Part shown: in pieces, positions 1 through 10,003 of the stretch
How the letters are laid out: each line of letters starts with the position of its first letter
Numbering within the stretch: the stretch's first letter is position 1
NCBI GenBank assembly: GCA_963741945.1
Contig: CAVUKA010000003.1
Coordinates: 288,001 to 352,000, forward strand
Reading direction: 5' to 3'
From: an uncultured Gemmatimonadales bacterium
GTDB taxonomy: Bacteria; Gemmatimonadota; Gemmatimonadetes; Longimicrobiales; RSA9
DNA length: 64,000 bases
Program-made: the position numbers and the translations under genes
Notes under the pieces: generated by a model
What the model saw: only the letters and a program-made list of their open reading frames with translations
Databases searched by the model: none
What the model was told of the DNA's origin: nothing

Positions 1-57
1 CAGGCCCACGAGTCCAAGGAGCGGCGCCCACTGGGTCCATGTCACCAGTTCCGTCAC
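1..57 (-). CDS. 5' end of a membrane protein running off the window (possibly a membrane pyrophosphatase; not determinable)
   Basis: GTG at 55-57 with GGAGG Shine-Dalgarno at 63-67; reads VTELVTWTQWAPLLGLVGL (hydrophobic). Confidence 0.45.
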   Translation of the reverse strand, partial: MTELVTWTQWAPLLGLVGL

Positions 58-73
58 CTGCGCCTCCGTTCTC

Positions 74-637
74 TTATCGGTTGCAGCGGCTCATCGCCGC
101 TTCGATTTCCCCGCCCACCCACAGCCCCACCGCCGTCACCAGCTCGGGCATGAGAGCCAGCACCGCGTCCTCATCGGGCGGATCGAACGCTGAGAGAACC
201 CAATCTGCCAGGTCCGCTCCCGGTGGGGGCGACCCCACACCGACCCGCAGCCGCGCGTACTCCTGCGTCCCGAGCGCGGCTTGCACCGATTTCAGGCCGT
301 TATGCCCGCCCGTGCTGCCCGCCGGCCGCAGGCGTAGACGCCCGACCTCGAGCGCCACGTCGTCCACGACCACCAACAGGTCCTCGGCAATGTCGAATTC
401 CGGATCGGACCGGAGCGGCGCCAGGGCGGCGCCACTCCGATTCATGAACGTGAGCGGCTTTACCAGCAGTACACTCCGGCCGTCCATCTGCCCGCCGGCC
501 AGGAGCGCGGGCCCGCTCCGCTCGAACGGACCGAGCCCGTAGTGCTGGCTCAGCCGATCGACAACCCACCACCCCACGTTATGCCGGGTGGCTTCGTATT
601 CCGGGCCCGGGTTGCCGAGCCCGCAGATCACTTTCAT
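74..637 (-). CDS. pth: peptidyl-tRNA hydrolase
   Basis: GLGNPG..Y..TRHNVG, KPLTFMNRSG and GGHNGLKS motifs; prs-rplY-pth synteny. Confidence 0.98.
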   Translation of the reverse strand: MKVICGLGNPGPEYEATRHNVGWWVVDRLSQHYGLGPFERSGPALLAGGQMDGRSVLLVKPLTFMNRSGAALAPLRSDPEFDIAEDLLVVVDDVALEVGRLRLRPAGSTGGHNGLKSVQAALGTQEYARLRVGVGSPPPGADLADWVLSAFDPPDEDAVLALMPELVTAVGLWVGGEIEAAMSRCNR

Positions 638-658
638 GCCAGGGCTCCGACGGAGCCC

Positions 659-1339
659 CTATTCCTCGGATTCGGCCCGGGATTCCTCTTCCTCGCCCTC
701 GGCCTCTTCCTCGCCCACGAGCTCCGGCGCGCCGGCGACGGCCTCCTCCTCCGCTTCCTCGGCCACTTCCAGGACGGTCGGCGCGGCCACGGTGCAGACC
801 GTGCGGTCCAGATCGATCAGGAGATCGACGCCCTCGGGCAGGTTGAGCTCCCCGACATGGATCGAGTCGCCGACCTGGAGGGTGGACACGTCGGCCTCGA
901 GCGCATCCGGAATGTTCTCTACGGCGCACTCGAGCTCCACCTCGTGGAGTACGTGCTGCAGCACGCCCCCGGCGCGGACGCCAGCGGCGGTGCCGACGAG
1001 CCGGATGGGGACCTCCACCGTGACACGCTCACCCGCGTGGATCTGCTGGAAGTCGACGTGCAGGACTTCCGGCTTGTAGGGATGCGACTGGACTTCGCTC
1101 ACCAGCGCGCGGATCTTGCCCTCCCTCTTCCCCTCGATCGTGAGATCGATCAGGGTGGTGTCCAGCGCATGCTGCTTGAGGAGCATCTCGAACTCGTGGG
1201 CGTCGAGTGAGAGCGCGTGCGTCTCCTCGCCCCGCCCGTAAACCACCGCGGGGATCCGGCCTTCACGGCGCATGCGACGGGCCGCGCTCTTTCCGGTCTC
1301 CGTCCGAAGCGTCGCCTTCAGTGTTGCGTTCTCCGACAT
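659..1339 (-). CDS. rplY: 50S ribosomal protein L25/Ctc
   Basis: GKSAARRMRREGRIPAVVYG, HVDF, GVRAGG, acidic tail. Confidence 0.97.
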   Translation of the reverse strand: MSENATLKATLRTETGKSAARRMRREGRIPAVVYGRGEETHALSLDAHEFEMLLKQHALDTTLIDLTIEGKREGKIRALVSEVQSHPYKPEVLHVDFQQIHAGERVTVEVPIRLVGTAAGVRAGGVLQHVLHEVELECAVENIPDALEADVSTLQVGDSIHVGELNLPEGVDLLIDLDRTVCTVAAPTVLEVAEEAEEEAVAGAPELVGEEEAEGEEEESRAESEE

Positions 1340-1353
1340 GCTTTCCTTCTCTC

Positions 1354-2304
1354 CTAATCGAACAGCTGGCTCACCGACTCGTTCGAGTGGGTGTACCGGA
1401 TCGCCCGCGCCAGCAACTGTGCCACCGAGAGCACTTTCAGTTTGTCGAACCGCCGCGCCTCGGGGACATGCAGCGTGTTCGTGACCACCACCTCCGTAAC
1501 CGGCGACTCCGACAACCGCCTGACCGCTGGGCCCGACAGCAGCGGGTGCGTGGCAGCCACATAGATTTCCGTGGCTCCGCGCTCCTGAAGCGCCTCGATC
1601 ACGCTCGTCATGGTGCCCGCGGTGTCGATCATGTCATCCACCACGATGCACCGCCGTCCCTTCACCTCACCGACGATGTTCAGCACCTCGGCCACGTTGG
1701 GCGCCGGGCGCCGCTTGTCGATGATCGCGAACGACGCGTCGATGCGCCGGGCGAAGCCCCGCGCCATCTTCGCGGCACCCACATCCGGCGCCACCACCAC
1801 CACGTTGTCGAGCTCCATCTGCCGGAAATACCCGGTCAGAACCGGAGCTGCGTACAGGTGGTCCACCGGCACGTCGAAAAAGCCCTGGAGCTGGTGCGTA
1901 TGGAAGTCGATCCCGAGCACCCGCTCCGCACCCGCCGCAACCATCAGGTTGGCAAGCAGCTTCGCGCCGATCGCCACGCGCGGCTGGTCCTTCCGGTCCT
2001 GTCGCGCGTATCCGTAGTACGGCATCACCGCCGTCACCCTCGCCGCCGACGCACGCTTCGCCGCGTCCGTCAGGAGCAGCAGCTCCATGATGCTTTCCGC
2101 CGGCGGCGGCGTGGGCTGGATGATGAAGACGTCACGCCCGCGCGCATTCTGGTTCAGCCGGACGAAGATCTCACCATCCGCGAAGCGCGAGACAGTGGCA
2201 TCCGCGAGCTGCTCCCCGAGCGCGTCCGCGATCTCCTCCGACAACGGCCGGTTGGCCGTGCCGGAGAGCAGCATCAACGGACCGTGCGCGCTGTCTTCGG
2301 GCAT
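1354..2304 (-). CDS. prs: ribose-phosphate pyrophosphokinase
   Basis: FADGE, PYYGYARQDRK, VVDDMIDTAGT motifs. Confidence 0.98.
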   Translation of the reverse strand: MPEDSAHGPLMLLSGTANRPLSEEIADALGEQLADATVSRFADGEIFVRLNQNARGRDVFIIQPTPPPAESIMELLLLTDAAKRASAARVTAVMPYYGYARQDRKDQPRVAIGAKLLANLMVAAGAERVLGIDFHTHQLQGFFDVPVDHLYAAPVLTGYFRQMELDNVVVVAPDVGAAKMARGFARRIDASFAIIDKRRPAPNVAEVLNIVGEVKGRRCIVVDDMIDTAGTMTSVIEALQERGATEIYVAATHPLLSGPAVRRLSESPVTEVVVTNTLHVPEARRFDKLKVLSVAQLLARAIRYTHSNESVSQLFD

Positions 2305-2346
2305 TCGCGTCTAGCCTCATCACCCACCGGGTTTCAACAGCCTCGG

Positions 2347-2375
2347 AAGCTATTCGACTCGAGGTACCGGGTCAA
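2347..2375 (-). promoter_or_regulatory. putative sigma70 promoter for prs-rplY-pth
   Basis: TTGACC-N17-TAGCTT on the minus strand, about 40 nt upstream of prs. Confidence 0.6.
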
Positions 2376-3037
2376 CCACCCGGGGCACCGCCGCCTTCCC
2401 CGGGTCGCGGCCTCGGATCGTGTTCGCCTTCCTCGGGGAGAAAATCGTCCGCCAACCGCGCCATCGTGCGCTGGAACACCGCCTGTGCCCGGCTACCCGA
2501 AAGGCGCATCAGCTCAATGTAGTCCTCCACCGCTTCGTCCAGCGCCGCATGCTCGCGGAGCAGGGCGGCGAAAAGCGCGGCGTTGTCCACGTGCGCCCGG
2601 ATCACGCCCTCTTCCGCTCTGGCCATGGCGAGCCCGACCCGCTCGTCCTCTTCGGCGCCCGCCCGGACCCTGCGGGCCAGTCCCTTCATGAGCACGTCCG
2701 GACGGAAGCGCTTCAGCCCTTCAGCCTCGTCGCCTGAACGTGGGTAGACGTCCGGCAGCGAAGGCCTCCCCTCCGTGGCCGCGCCCGAGTCCCGGACGGC
2801 GATGAGCACGCGGGCGCGGACGGCGGCGGCCATGGCCTCGTCCACGTCCATCTCGTCCAGATAGCGGTCCACGGCCTCGTCAAAGGCGAGCGACGCGGCC
2901 ATCAGTGCGATGAAGCGGAGTGCCTGAGCGGTATGCGCCGCCACGAGCGCCTCCCAGGCCGTGGCCGCGGCCACGTCCATCTGCCGCCGCACCGGCTCCG
3001 GCATGCGGCGAAATCTCAGCGGTCCGACCGGTACCAT
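2372..3037 (-). CDS. hypothetical helical protein with an internal duplication
   Basis: ATG at 3037 with AGGAGGA SD at 3041-3047; GC3-rich codon use; two similar AH...DEAV..Y..M segments. Confidence 0.75.
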   Translation of the reverse strand: MVPVGPLRFRRMPEPVRRQMDVAAATAWEALVAAHTAQALRFIALMAASLAFDEAVDRYLDEMDVDEAMAAAVRARVLIAVRDSGAATEGRPSLPDVYPRSGDEAEGLKRFRPDVLMKGLARRVRAGAEEDERVGLAMARAEEGVIRAHVDNAALFAALLREHAALDEAVEDYIELMRLSGSRAQAVFQRTMARLADDFLPEEGEHDPRPRPGEGGGAPGG

Positions 3038-3412
3038 CCATCCTCCTGTCCGACGGGTCCTTCCCCGAAGCGCCCCGACCCCGATCCGAGAATCCGGCGG
3101 TGCCCCGGAACGGTCTCCCGACCTGCAAGAATGTGCCCCGCCCCGAACATCTCCCGCCGCTCGCGCCAGACGGGCGGACGCCGCTGCGGATGATGAGGCG
3201 GCGCCGGAAAGGCTGCAAGCGTGGCCCGCGACGCGGCCAGGCTCGTCCCAATCCACCGTCGGTCGCCGGAGCCCGTCCGACCCGACGTTACGAAGGACCC
3301 GGGACGCAGGAGAGCCGGGTGGGCGGAAGGGATCCCGGAATGCCCGGGCGGCCGGAGCGGGTGCGACCGGCGACTGGCCGAGCCGGGAACGAGGGCGCGC
3401 GACTCCGGGTGA

Positions 3413-4135
3413 TCAGGGGGACCGCAGGCATGAATCGGCTGCGATGAGCTCGGTCTCCAGCGCGAAATGCACCAGCTCGGAACGGTGCTCGAGGCCGAGC
3501 TTTCGCATGGCCTGGCCACGGTAGCTGGCCACGGTGTGGTGAGAGAGGAAGATCTGCTCGGCGATCTCGTGCGCGGTGTAGCCCTGTGCGGTGAGTCGCA
3601 CCACGTCCCGCTCGCGATCGGTGAGCGTGGCGAGGCGGCGGCGCGCCTCGAGCGCCCGCTCCAGGTTGCGAACGAGGACGCGATTGCTGTGGGCGTCGAG
3701 GAACACCTCCCCCCGAAGCACGGTGCGGATGGCGGGCAGCAGGTCCTGGTGGGCGGTGGCCTTGCGGACGAAGCCGAACGCCCCCGCTTCCATCGCCCGG
3801 ATCAGCGACTTCTCGGGGGCGTGGGCGGTGAGCACCAGCACGCGGGTGCCCCGCCCCGCGGCGGCGATGCGCCGCATGGCCTCGAAGCCGTCGATTCCCG
3901 GCAGGGAGAGGTCCATGATCACCACGTCCGGCTCCAGATCGGCCGTCTTCCGGATCGCCTCCTCCCCGTCCGCCGCCTCGCCCACCACGTCGATGCCGGC
4001 CTCACGCGCGAGGATCGCGCGCGCGCCATCGCGAATGGCTTCGTGGTCGTCGACCACGACCACGCGCACCGCCACTTTCGGGCGGGTCTCCGGAGGGGGG
4101 CCGGGCTCCGGGGACAACGCACTACCGGGGGTCAC
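3413..4135 (-). CDS. NarL/LuxR-family response regulator (orphan); start may be the downstream GTG near 4075
   Basis: VVVVDDH, MDLSLP receiver Asp, LTDRERDV...HTH...K LuxR domain. Confidence 0.93.
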   Translation of the reverse strand: MTPGSALSPEPGPPPETRPKVAVRVVVVDDHEAIRDGARAILAREAGIDVVGEAADGEEAIRKTADLEPDVVIMDLSLPGIDGFEAMRRIAAAGRGTRVLVLTAHAPEKSLIRAMEAGAFGFVRKATAHQDLLPAIRTVLRGEVFLDAHSNRVLVRNLERALEARRRLATLTDRERDVVRLTAQGYTAHEIAEQIFLSHHTVASYRGQAMRKLGLEHRSELVHFALETELIAADSCLRSP

Positions 4136-4155
4136 GCCACTGTCGGGGAGCGCGG

Positions 4156-5182
4156 ATGCCTTGGGCGGAGGGGGTGACCAAGGTCCTGCCCGGGGTGGCC
4201 GGCATGGAGCCGATCCTGCAAGGAGAATGGTGGTACCAGTGGGGCACCAACGGCGTGGACCCGGACATCACGCCCGCGAGCTGTGCGCCGGACCCGGACG
4301 AGGTGAACCCGGAGCTCAACCCCGACGGGCTGGCGCTCTGTGACGATGGCGAGACAGGCACGGTGGATACCCTCCTGGAGGCCGGCACGCCTGCGGCGGA
4401 CAACCCGATGCCGCTGGTCCGGGTCCTTCAGAAGGATCCGCAGAGCGTCTGGCAGGCCAGACTCGTACACGCGTTCGCAGGTGCGCACGGAGGTGGTGCT
4501 ATTCCAGGACCTCACCACCCCGGCCATCGAGTACGAGATGCGTCACACGGACGGCTGGGGGATCGACGAGGTGCATGGGCTTGCGGCCACCCTCAGCCCG
4601 GTGTCCGCTCTCACGGGGCCCGGGACGCGGGCTACCGTGTACTCGCATTGCGCCCGCCTGACCATCCAGAAGCTGCTGGTGGCGCGGGAGGATGCGCGGC
4701 TGGCGGATCTGACATGGGTCCCGAGCGAAGGCTGGACCGAGCCGGAGCTCGATCCAGACACGGGTGAGCCGTACGCGAACGCGCTCATCAACGACCACAT
4801 CTTCAACGGCTCGGTGCACGAGGGCGGAGACGGCCCTGGCTACTACTCCGCCGAGATCAACGTCAAGGGGCGCATCATCTACGGGTACACCTGGAATGTC
4901 CGCCAGCTGAACGACCTCACACCGGCCGAGGGATCGATGGTCCCCACGCCCGCGGGTGACTACAGGATCACTTTCAGCCTCGACCCGCTGTGCGGCACGG
5001 CGCAGCTCAACACCTTCCTGGACGCCGCGCAGATCCTGGTCCCGGTGGAGGAAGAGCTGGTCACCATCACCGCCGACGATGACCCCGGCGGCGCGACGGC
5101 CGTCCTGCGGAGCGACCTGAATCTCACCTACATGGACGTCCGCATCCTCGAGCGTGGCGGCGGGGGCGGCGGGGGGCACTGA
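4156..5182 (+). pseudogene. frameshifted, probably 5'-truncated gene for an acidic, likely extracellular protein
   Basis: Coding-like frame runs 4156-4458 (..QKDPQSVWQA), then shifts +1 to ..YTRSQVRTEVVLFQD..GGGGGGGH (stop 5182). Confidence 0.65.
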
Positions 5183-5471
5183 CGGGAGAGGACCGCTGGA
5201 AGGCGTTGAAGGACCGCGCGGAGGATGGTGTCTGGGACAGGCGACGAGAACTTGGAGCGCCTTCCCAGACGCTCCTCCGGCGCAGCCGTGATTGCCGGGC
5301 TCGTCGCTATGCTGCCCGACGCGTGAAGTGGCATCAGCTGGATGGGCGGTGGACGGCTCGGTTGCCGCCTCGATGGTCGAGGACCCGGTCAACCCTCGGA
5401 ACTCCCGCGTCGCACGACGCCTCGACGCGACACGCAGCGAGATCGCGGGCGGGGACGGCGAATCGCGGAGC

Positions 5472-5486
5472 CGGCACAGCGCATGC
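5472..5486 (+). promoter_or_regulatory. possible sigma54 -24/-12 promoter of the MFS gene
   Basis: CGGCAC-N5-ATGC (GG-N10-GC). Confidence 0.35.
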
Positions 5487-5536
5487 CGTGATTCCCGCGC
5501 GCGCCTTTCCTTTCAATCCGCGCGAAGGGAGGGTCT

Positions 5537-6949
5537 ATCAGGGAGAGGCTGTACGACCGGTTCGGAGGCCGCGCCCGGGCCCAGGTCATCCTGATCCTGG
5601 CGCTGGTGCTCGGGCTCGACGGCTCCGACAAGGGCGCCGTGGGAGCCATGGCCACCCAGCTCCAGGAGGCGTTCGGCGTCGGAAAGACGGAGATCGGGCT
5701 CCTGCTCACGGTCACGGCGCTGTTGAGTGCCGTGGCCACGCTCCCCTACGGCCGCGCCGTCGACCACGTCCGGCGGACCCGGCTGCTCAGCATCATGGTC
5801 CTGGTCTGGGGGGGCCTCATGGTGCTCACCGCTTCCTCGGCCTCCTACGTCTGGCTCCTCGCCTCGCGCGCGGGCTTGGGTGCGGTGATCGCGGTGGCGG
5901 TGCCCGCGGTGGCATCACTCGTGGGCGACTTCTTTCCTCCACGGGAGCGAGCGAAGATCTATGGCGTCATCCTGGCCGGGGAGTTCGTGGGCACGGGGTT
6001 CGGCTTTCTGGTGGCCGGGGTGCTGGCCTCCCTTTCCTGGCGATGGGGATTTCTGGCGCTCGCCATTCCCGTGCTGCCGCTGGCCTGGCTCCTGAAGCGT
6101 CTGCCCGAGCCGGCGCGCGGCGGCGCGAGCCGCATCGAGGCCGGGCAGCAGCAGGTCGGCGAGCGCCACGAGCAAGAACGTGGGGAGCGACAGGTGGTGA
6201 GGCGCAGCCAGATCGTGGCGCGCGAAGCCGGGATCGAGCCCCGGCCGGCGCTCGTCCCCGATGAGGGACCGGAGCAGAAGTCGCTCTGGTGGGCGGTCCG
6301 TTACGTCCTGCGCATCCCCACGAACGTGGTCATCATCGTGGCCTCATCGCTCGGCTACTTCTTCTTCGCCGGGGTACGCACCTTCGGAGTACAGTACCTG
6401 CGCGGCCGATTCGATATCAGTCACGAGCATGCGACATTGTTCCTGGTGCTCATCGGCGTCGGAGCCCTCGGCGGCGTAATCATCGGCGGCCGGGTCGCCG
6501 ATGGGCTGCTGCACCGAGGCCGCATCGCTGCCCGCGTGCTGGTGGCCGCCGTAGCATACCTCGCCGCCGTGGGTCTGCTCCTGCCGGCACTGCTCTGGTC
6601 CAGCCTCGTCGCCGCCGCCGTCTTCATGTTCGCCGCAGCCATCGCCTTCGGCGCCATCAACCCGCCCTTCGATGCCGGCCGCCTGGACATCATGCATCCC
6701 CACCTCTGGGGTCGCGCCGAGTCTACCCGGATGGTCCTGCGTTTCTCCGCCGAGGCCATTGCCCCGCTCCTGTTCGGCTTCCTGGCCGGTCGGGTGTTCG
6801 GCGGCGGCACCGCCGGGATCCATGACACGTTCCTGGTCATGCTGATCCCGCTCCTCGCGGGAGGTCTCGTCGGCCTCATCGCCATTCGGACCTACCCGCG
6901 CGATGTGGCCACAGCAGATGCGTATGCGGAGAAGACAATGCGCGGATGA
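5537..6949 (+). CDS. MFS transporter (start ATC 5537 or GTG 5606)
   Basis: About 12 hydrophobic segments; GRAVDHVRRTR and GGRVADG motif-A-like loops; open frame extends upstream of 5606 to a GGAGG followed by ATC. Confidence 0.9.
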   Translation: MRERLYDRFGGRARAQVILILALVLGLDGSDKGAVGAMATQLQEAFGVGKTEIGLLLTVTALLSAVATLPYGRAVDHVRRTRLLSIMVLVWGGLMVLTASSASYVWLLASRAGLGAVIAVAVPAVASLVGDFFPPRERAKIYGVILAGEFVGTGFGFLVAGVLASLSWRWGFLALAIPVLPLAWLLKRLPEPARGGASRIEAGQQQVGERHEQERGERQVVRRSQIVAREAGIEPRPALVPDEGPEQKSLWWAVRYVLRIPTNVVIIVASSLGYFFFAGVRTFGVQYLRGRFDISHEHATLFLVLIGVGALGGVIIGGRVADGLLHRGRIAARVLVAAVAYLAAVGLLLPALLWSSLVAAAVFMFAAAIAFGAINPPFDAGRLDIMHPHLWGRAESTRMVLRFSAEAIAPLLFGFLAGRVFGGGTAGIHDTFLVMLIPLLAGGLVGLIAIRTYPRDVATADAYAEKTMRG

Positions 6950-7813
6950 ACTCCTGCGGCTGGCTTCAGCCTGGGCGGGAGGGCCGCTTCCGAAGCCGCG
7001 GAAAAGACCAGCGCGTTCAGCTCCGTTTCCACGGCCCTGGCGTACTCGACCGCCGCGCAGGAGAAGTCGAACGCGGGGTCGTCGCGGCGAGCTCGGAAGA
7101 CAGCCTCCGCGGACATGAGGAACGTGCGCGTCGCGGTCTCGAATTTCCCAGACCACGCGCCCGAAGAGGTTGTCGGGCAGCTCCCGGGCTAGGCGCTGGG
7201 TGTCGGCGCGCAGGTCGGCGTCGCGCTCCGCCCACAGGCGGTCCCCGGTGAGGAGGTCGCGGTCGACGAACCAGCGAGCGCCGTCGTCGCGCGTGACGAT
7301 GAGCGGCAGCTCGACCATTCCGCCATACAGCGAGACTGGGTTGTCATGGTAGCGGCTGTTTCGCAGGCGACGGAGCTCCTCGATCACGCCCGGCGTATCG
7401 TCGCTCACCAGGCGACGCAGGTCCCACAGCCGGAACCAGAAGTCGGCCTCGCTACCCCGGTAATACGACGGCGCGTGCTCCGCCTCCCCTTCGTCCGCGA
7501 GCACGTCGTCCGCCGTCACCTCGCCCAGCCAGCCCACGTACAGCGACCTGTAGTCGGTCAGGTAGAGGTGGGTCTCGGCGCCACTGCGGATCTGACCGTC
7601 CAGGGCCACGATCTCGGGCGCGTGCGGGAGCGGATCTTCCCGGCGAGGCGACCGGATCTTGGCCCACCAGACGTACACATTGTCTGCCGGCGACGTGGGG
7701 TCAGCGGGATCCCGACTCCGCTCCGCCCACCGGAGGAGCACCCGGAGGTGCGCGTCGAGGGCGTCGTCGGCGTAAGCGGGGTTCCAGACGGTGAGGAGGT
7801 GATGATCCGGCAT
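6950..7813 (-). pseudogene. HP0729-family-like gene, frameshifted and C-terminally truncated
   Basis: HLLTVWNP, WWAKIRS, LYLTDY, PSYY, SLYG..LPL; +1 shift at 7144 continues FETATRTFLMSAE..DFSCAAVEYARAVETELN, then runs into the convergent MFS gene. Family assignment is from memory. Confidence 0.6.
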
Positions 7814-7920
7814 GCGACAAATCGAAGCTTCACGAATTCGCGGTGACCGTGTCGGGCATCAGCTGCTGGAACGTCCGCGGGATCTGCCCTCAGTCCTCCG
7901 TCGGTTTGGGCGGCGGCGAC

Positions 7921-7949
7921 ATAATGGCGGCCTCCCGGCGCGACTGCAA
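7921..7949 (-). promoter_or_regulatory. putative sigma70 promoter of the HP0729-like gene
   Basis: TTGCAG-N17-CATTAT. Confidence 0.45.
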
Positions 7950-7958
7950 TTATTCCCG

Positions 7959-8270
7959 TCATTCCAGCAACGCATCGCTGGGCACGCCACCCAACCGCCG
8001 GAGCCGATCCGCGCCATTGCCCAGCTCACGGCCCATCTCCCGCAGATCTTCGTCGCCCGTGAGGTTCAGGCGGTCGGCCGCGGCATCCAGGAGCGAGGCC
8101 TCGTCCGCGCAGTAGCGGCGCAGCTCCCGGCCCGGCTCGGAGTCGGTCAACCAGGCGCGGACGATGTCCTGATGGTCGTGCACGCCCCGGGGCCGGAACG
8201 CGTGCAGGTGCGTGAGCAGCCGCTCGAGGATGCAGCCGCCGAGCAGCGGCAGCGTGGAGCGCGCGCTCAT
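7959..8270 (-). CDS. hypothetical protein (103 aa)
   Basis: ATG at 8270 (MSARSTLPLL); GC3-biased, helical; same orientation as the VWA operon. Confidence 0.55.
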   Translation of the reverse strand: MSARSTLPLLGGCILERLLTHLHAFRPRGVHDHQDIVRAWLTDSEPGRELRRYCADEASLLDAAADRLNLTGDEDLREMGRELGNGADRLRRLGGVPSDALLE

Positions 8271-8370
8271 TCGCGGCCTCTCACGCGCTCGCGCCCGCTC
8301 TCCGAGACGTGACTGGCCGTGACCACGACGGCCATGAACGGACATGACCCGCCGATCATTGCGCCTCCAT

Positions 8371-8640
8371 TCAATAGGTGTCGAGCTCCACCGTGACCCG
8401 GAGCGTGTGCCCGCTGGCCAGGTGGACCCGGATCTGGTCGTTCCAGTACCGCTCCACGCGCACGACGGTGGTGCTGTCGTTGACGTGGACGGGCATGATG
8501 CCGAAGGCGTCGATGATCTGATCGCGAATGTCCTCGACCTCGTGCTGGTCGGGGCTCCCCCCGGCGGCGGTCAGCGCCAGGAGGAGCAGGGCCAGCACCA
8601 GGAGGCGGGACGCGATCCGGTCCGCGGCGGGCCGCCTCAT
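8371..8640 (-). CDS. small exported or membrane-anchored hypothetical protein
   Basis: N-terminal hydrophobic stretch LLVLALLLLALTAAG; ATGA overlap with the VWA stop. Confidence 0.7.
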   Translation of the reverse strand: MRRPAADRIASRLLVLALLLLALTAAGGSPDQHEVEDIRDQIIDAFGIMPVHVNDSTTVVRVERYWNDQIRVHLASGHTLRVTVELDTY

Positions 8641-9953
8641 GCGTCGTCGGGCTCCGGGGGGCCAAGGCCCTTCCGCTCCTCGCGATCGCGCGCCCGGTCC
8701 TCCTTCAGCCGCTCGACCAGGGCGCGCTTGCTCTGGGCGGAGCTGTAGGCGCGCTGGTACATGTACTTCGCGTCGGCCTCGGACACGCGCGACTCGTCGA
8801 ACCGGTCGGCCATGACCCGGAGATCGTCCACCTCGTCGGTGAGTTCCGGATCGCCGGCGGCCATGGACGACAGCTTCTCGGCGATGCCGCGCAGCTTCCG
8901 CGCGCCGTCCTCGAACGCCCCGTCGCTCCGGTCCTGCAGCGCCTCCTCCCGGGCGCGGGCGGCCTCGAGAAGCAGCAGCTCCCGCCGAACCTCCGGGTTC
9001 ACCACGGCGGCGCCCAAGCGCGACACCCGGATCGGCAGCGTGGTGGTCCGCTTCTCGACACCGCCGCCCGGCAGCAGGACGTGGGCCTCGACGGTGAGGG
9101 TAGCGACGTCGACCTCGGCGGCATCGTCGTCGCTGGAAAGGAGGAACTCGCAGAGGAGGGACCTGGGCTCGAAGGCGTAGAGGTCGCCGAGCTCGAGGCG
9201 GAGGGATCCGTCGTCGGTCCGCTGACGCGGGTACTGGTGCAGCACGGAGGCGTGCTCGACGGCCGGGGCGGGAGCCACGGCCACGGTGACGTTCTGCGCG
9301 GCCAGCGCCATGAGGCCTTCGATCTCGGCCTCGAACACCGCCGGTGCCTGGTCGGGCGCTTCGATGTAGTACATGCTGCCGCCGCCGGCCTCGGCCATCG
9401 AGCGCAGCAGCCGCTCGTCGTAGTCGGCGCCGAAGCCAATGGTGGTGGTCGACACGCCCTTCACCGCGGCCGAAGCGACGAGGTCGCGGAGCCGCCCGGG
9501 GTCGGTGATCCCGACATTGGCGAGGCCGTCGGTGAGGAGGAGGACGCGGTTGACGCCGCCGTCCGCCAGCCCCTCCGCCACCAGCTCCCGCCCCCGCAGC
9601 CAGCCACCGGAGAGGTTCGTCATACCGCGGGGCTCGATCGTCCCGATCCGGCCGAGCAGCTCCTGCCGCTGCTTCCCGGGCGTGGGGCCGACCGCGGTGT
9701 GGACCTCGTCGTCGTAGGCGACGACGCTGACGACGTCATCCTCGCCCAGCCGCCGAACCAGCAGGCTCGCCGCCTCCTTCGCCCGTGCGAGCTTCGGCCC
9801 GTGCATGGAGCCGGAGCGGTCGAGGACCAGGCTCAGGTTGAGGGGCGGGCGTTCCATCCGCCCCGGCGCCTCACCGGTGATGCGAAGCAGGGCGCGGACG
9901 AGGTATCCCCCGTCCGCCACGGGCTCGTGATCCAGCAGCAGCTGTGTGTCCAT
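8637..9953 (-). CDS. VWA domain-containing protein (YfbK-like)
   Basis: MIDAS DRSGSM, TNL, LLTDG, TIGFG; ATG 9953 with GGAGG SD. Confidence 0.93.
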   Translation of the reverse strand: MDTQLLLDHEPVADGGYLVRALLRITGEAPGRMERPPLNLSLVLDRSGSMHGPKLARAKEAASLLVRRLGEDDVVSVVAYDDEVHTAVGPTPGKQRQELLGRIGTIEPRGMTNLSGGWLRGRELVAEGLADGGVNRVLLLTDGLANVGITDPGRLRDLVASAAVKGVSTTTIGFGADYDERLLRSMAEAGGGSMYYIEAPDQAPAVFEAEIEGLMALAAQNVTVAVAPAPAVEHASVLHQYPRQRTDDGSLRLELGDLYAFEPRSLLCEFLLSSDDDAAEVDVATLTVEAHVLLPGGGVEKRTTTLPIRVSRLGAAVVNPEVRRELLLLEAARAREEALQDRSDGAFEDGARKLRGIAEKLSSMAAGDPELTDEVDDLRVMADRFDESRVSEADAKYMYQRAYSSAQSKRALVERLKEDRARDREERKGLGPPEPDDA

Positions 9954-10003
9954 CGGCACCCTCCGCGCGTGCGGTCCGGCCCTCCATGGGCGGACGTCGG
10001 CGG

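Noticed and set aside
2305-3412. attR copy of the tRNA-Gln 3' end
   Set aside because: Only short GC-rich matches (e.g. CACCCGGGG near 2377); not significant by eye.
5183-5470. Gene or transposase remnant between the broken gene and the MFS
   Set aside because: No frame shows convincing codon bias or motifs.
7141-7150. Programmed -1 frameshift at GGGAAAT in the HP0729-like gene
   Set aside because: The heptamer is not in X XXY YYZ phase, the needed shift is +1, and the downstream part is truncated anyway.
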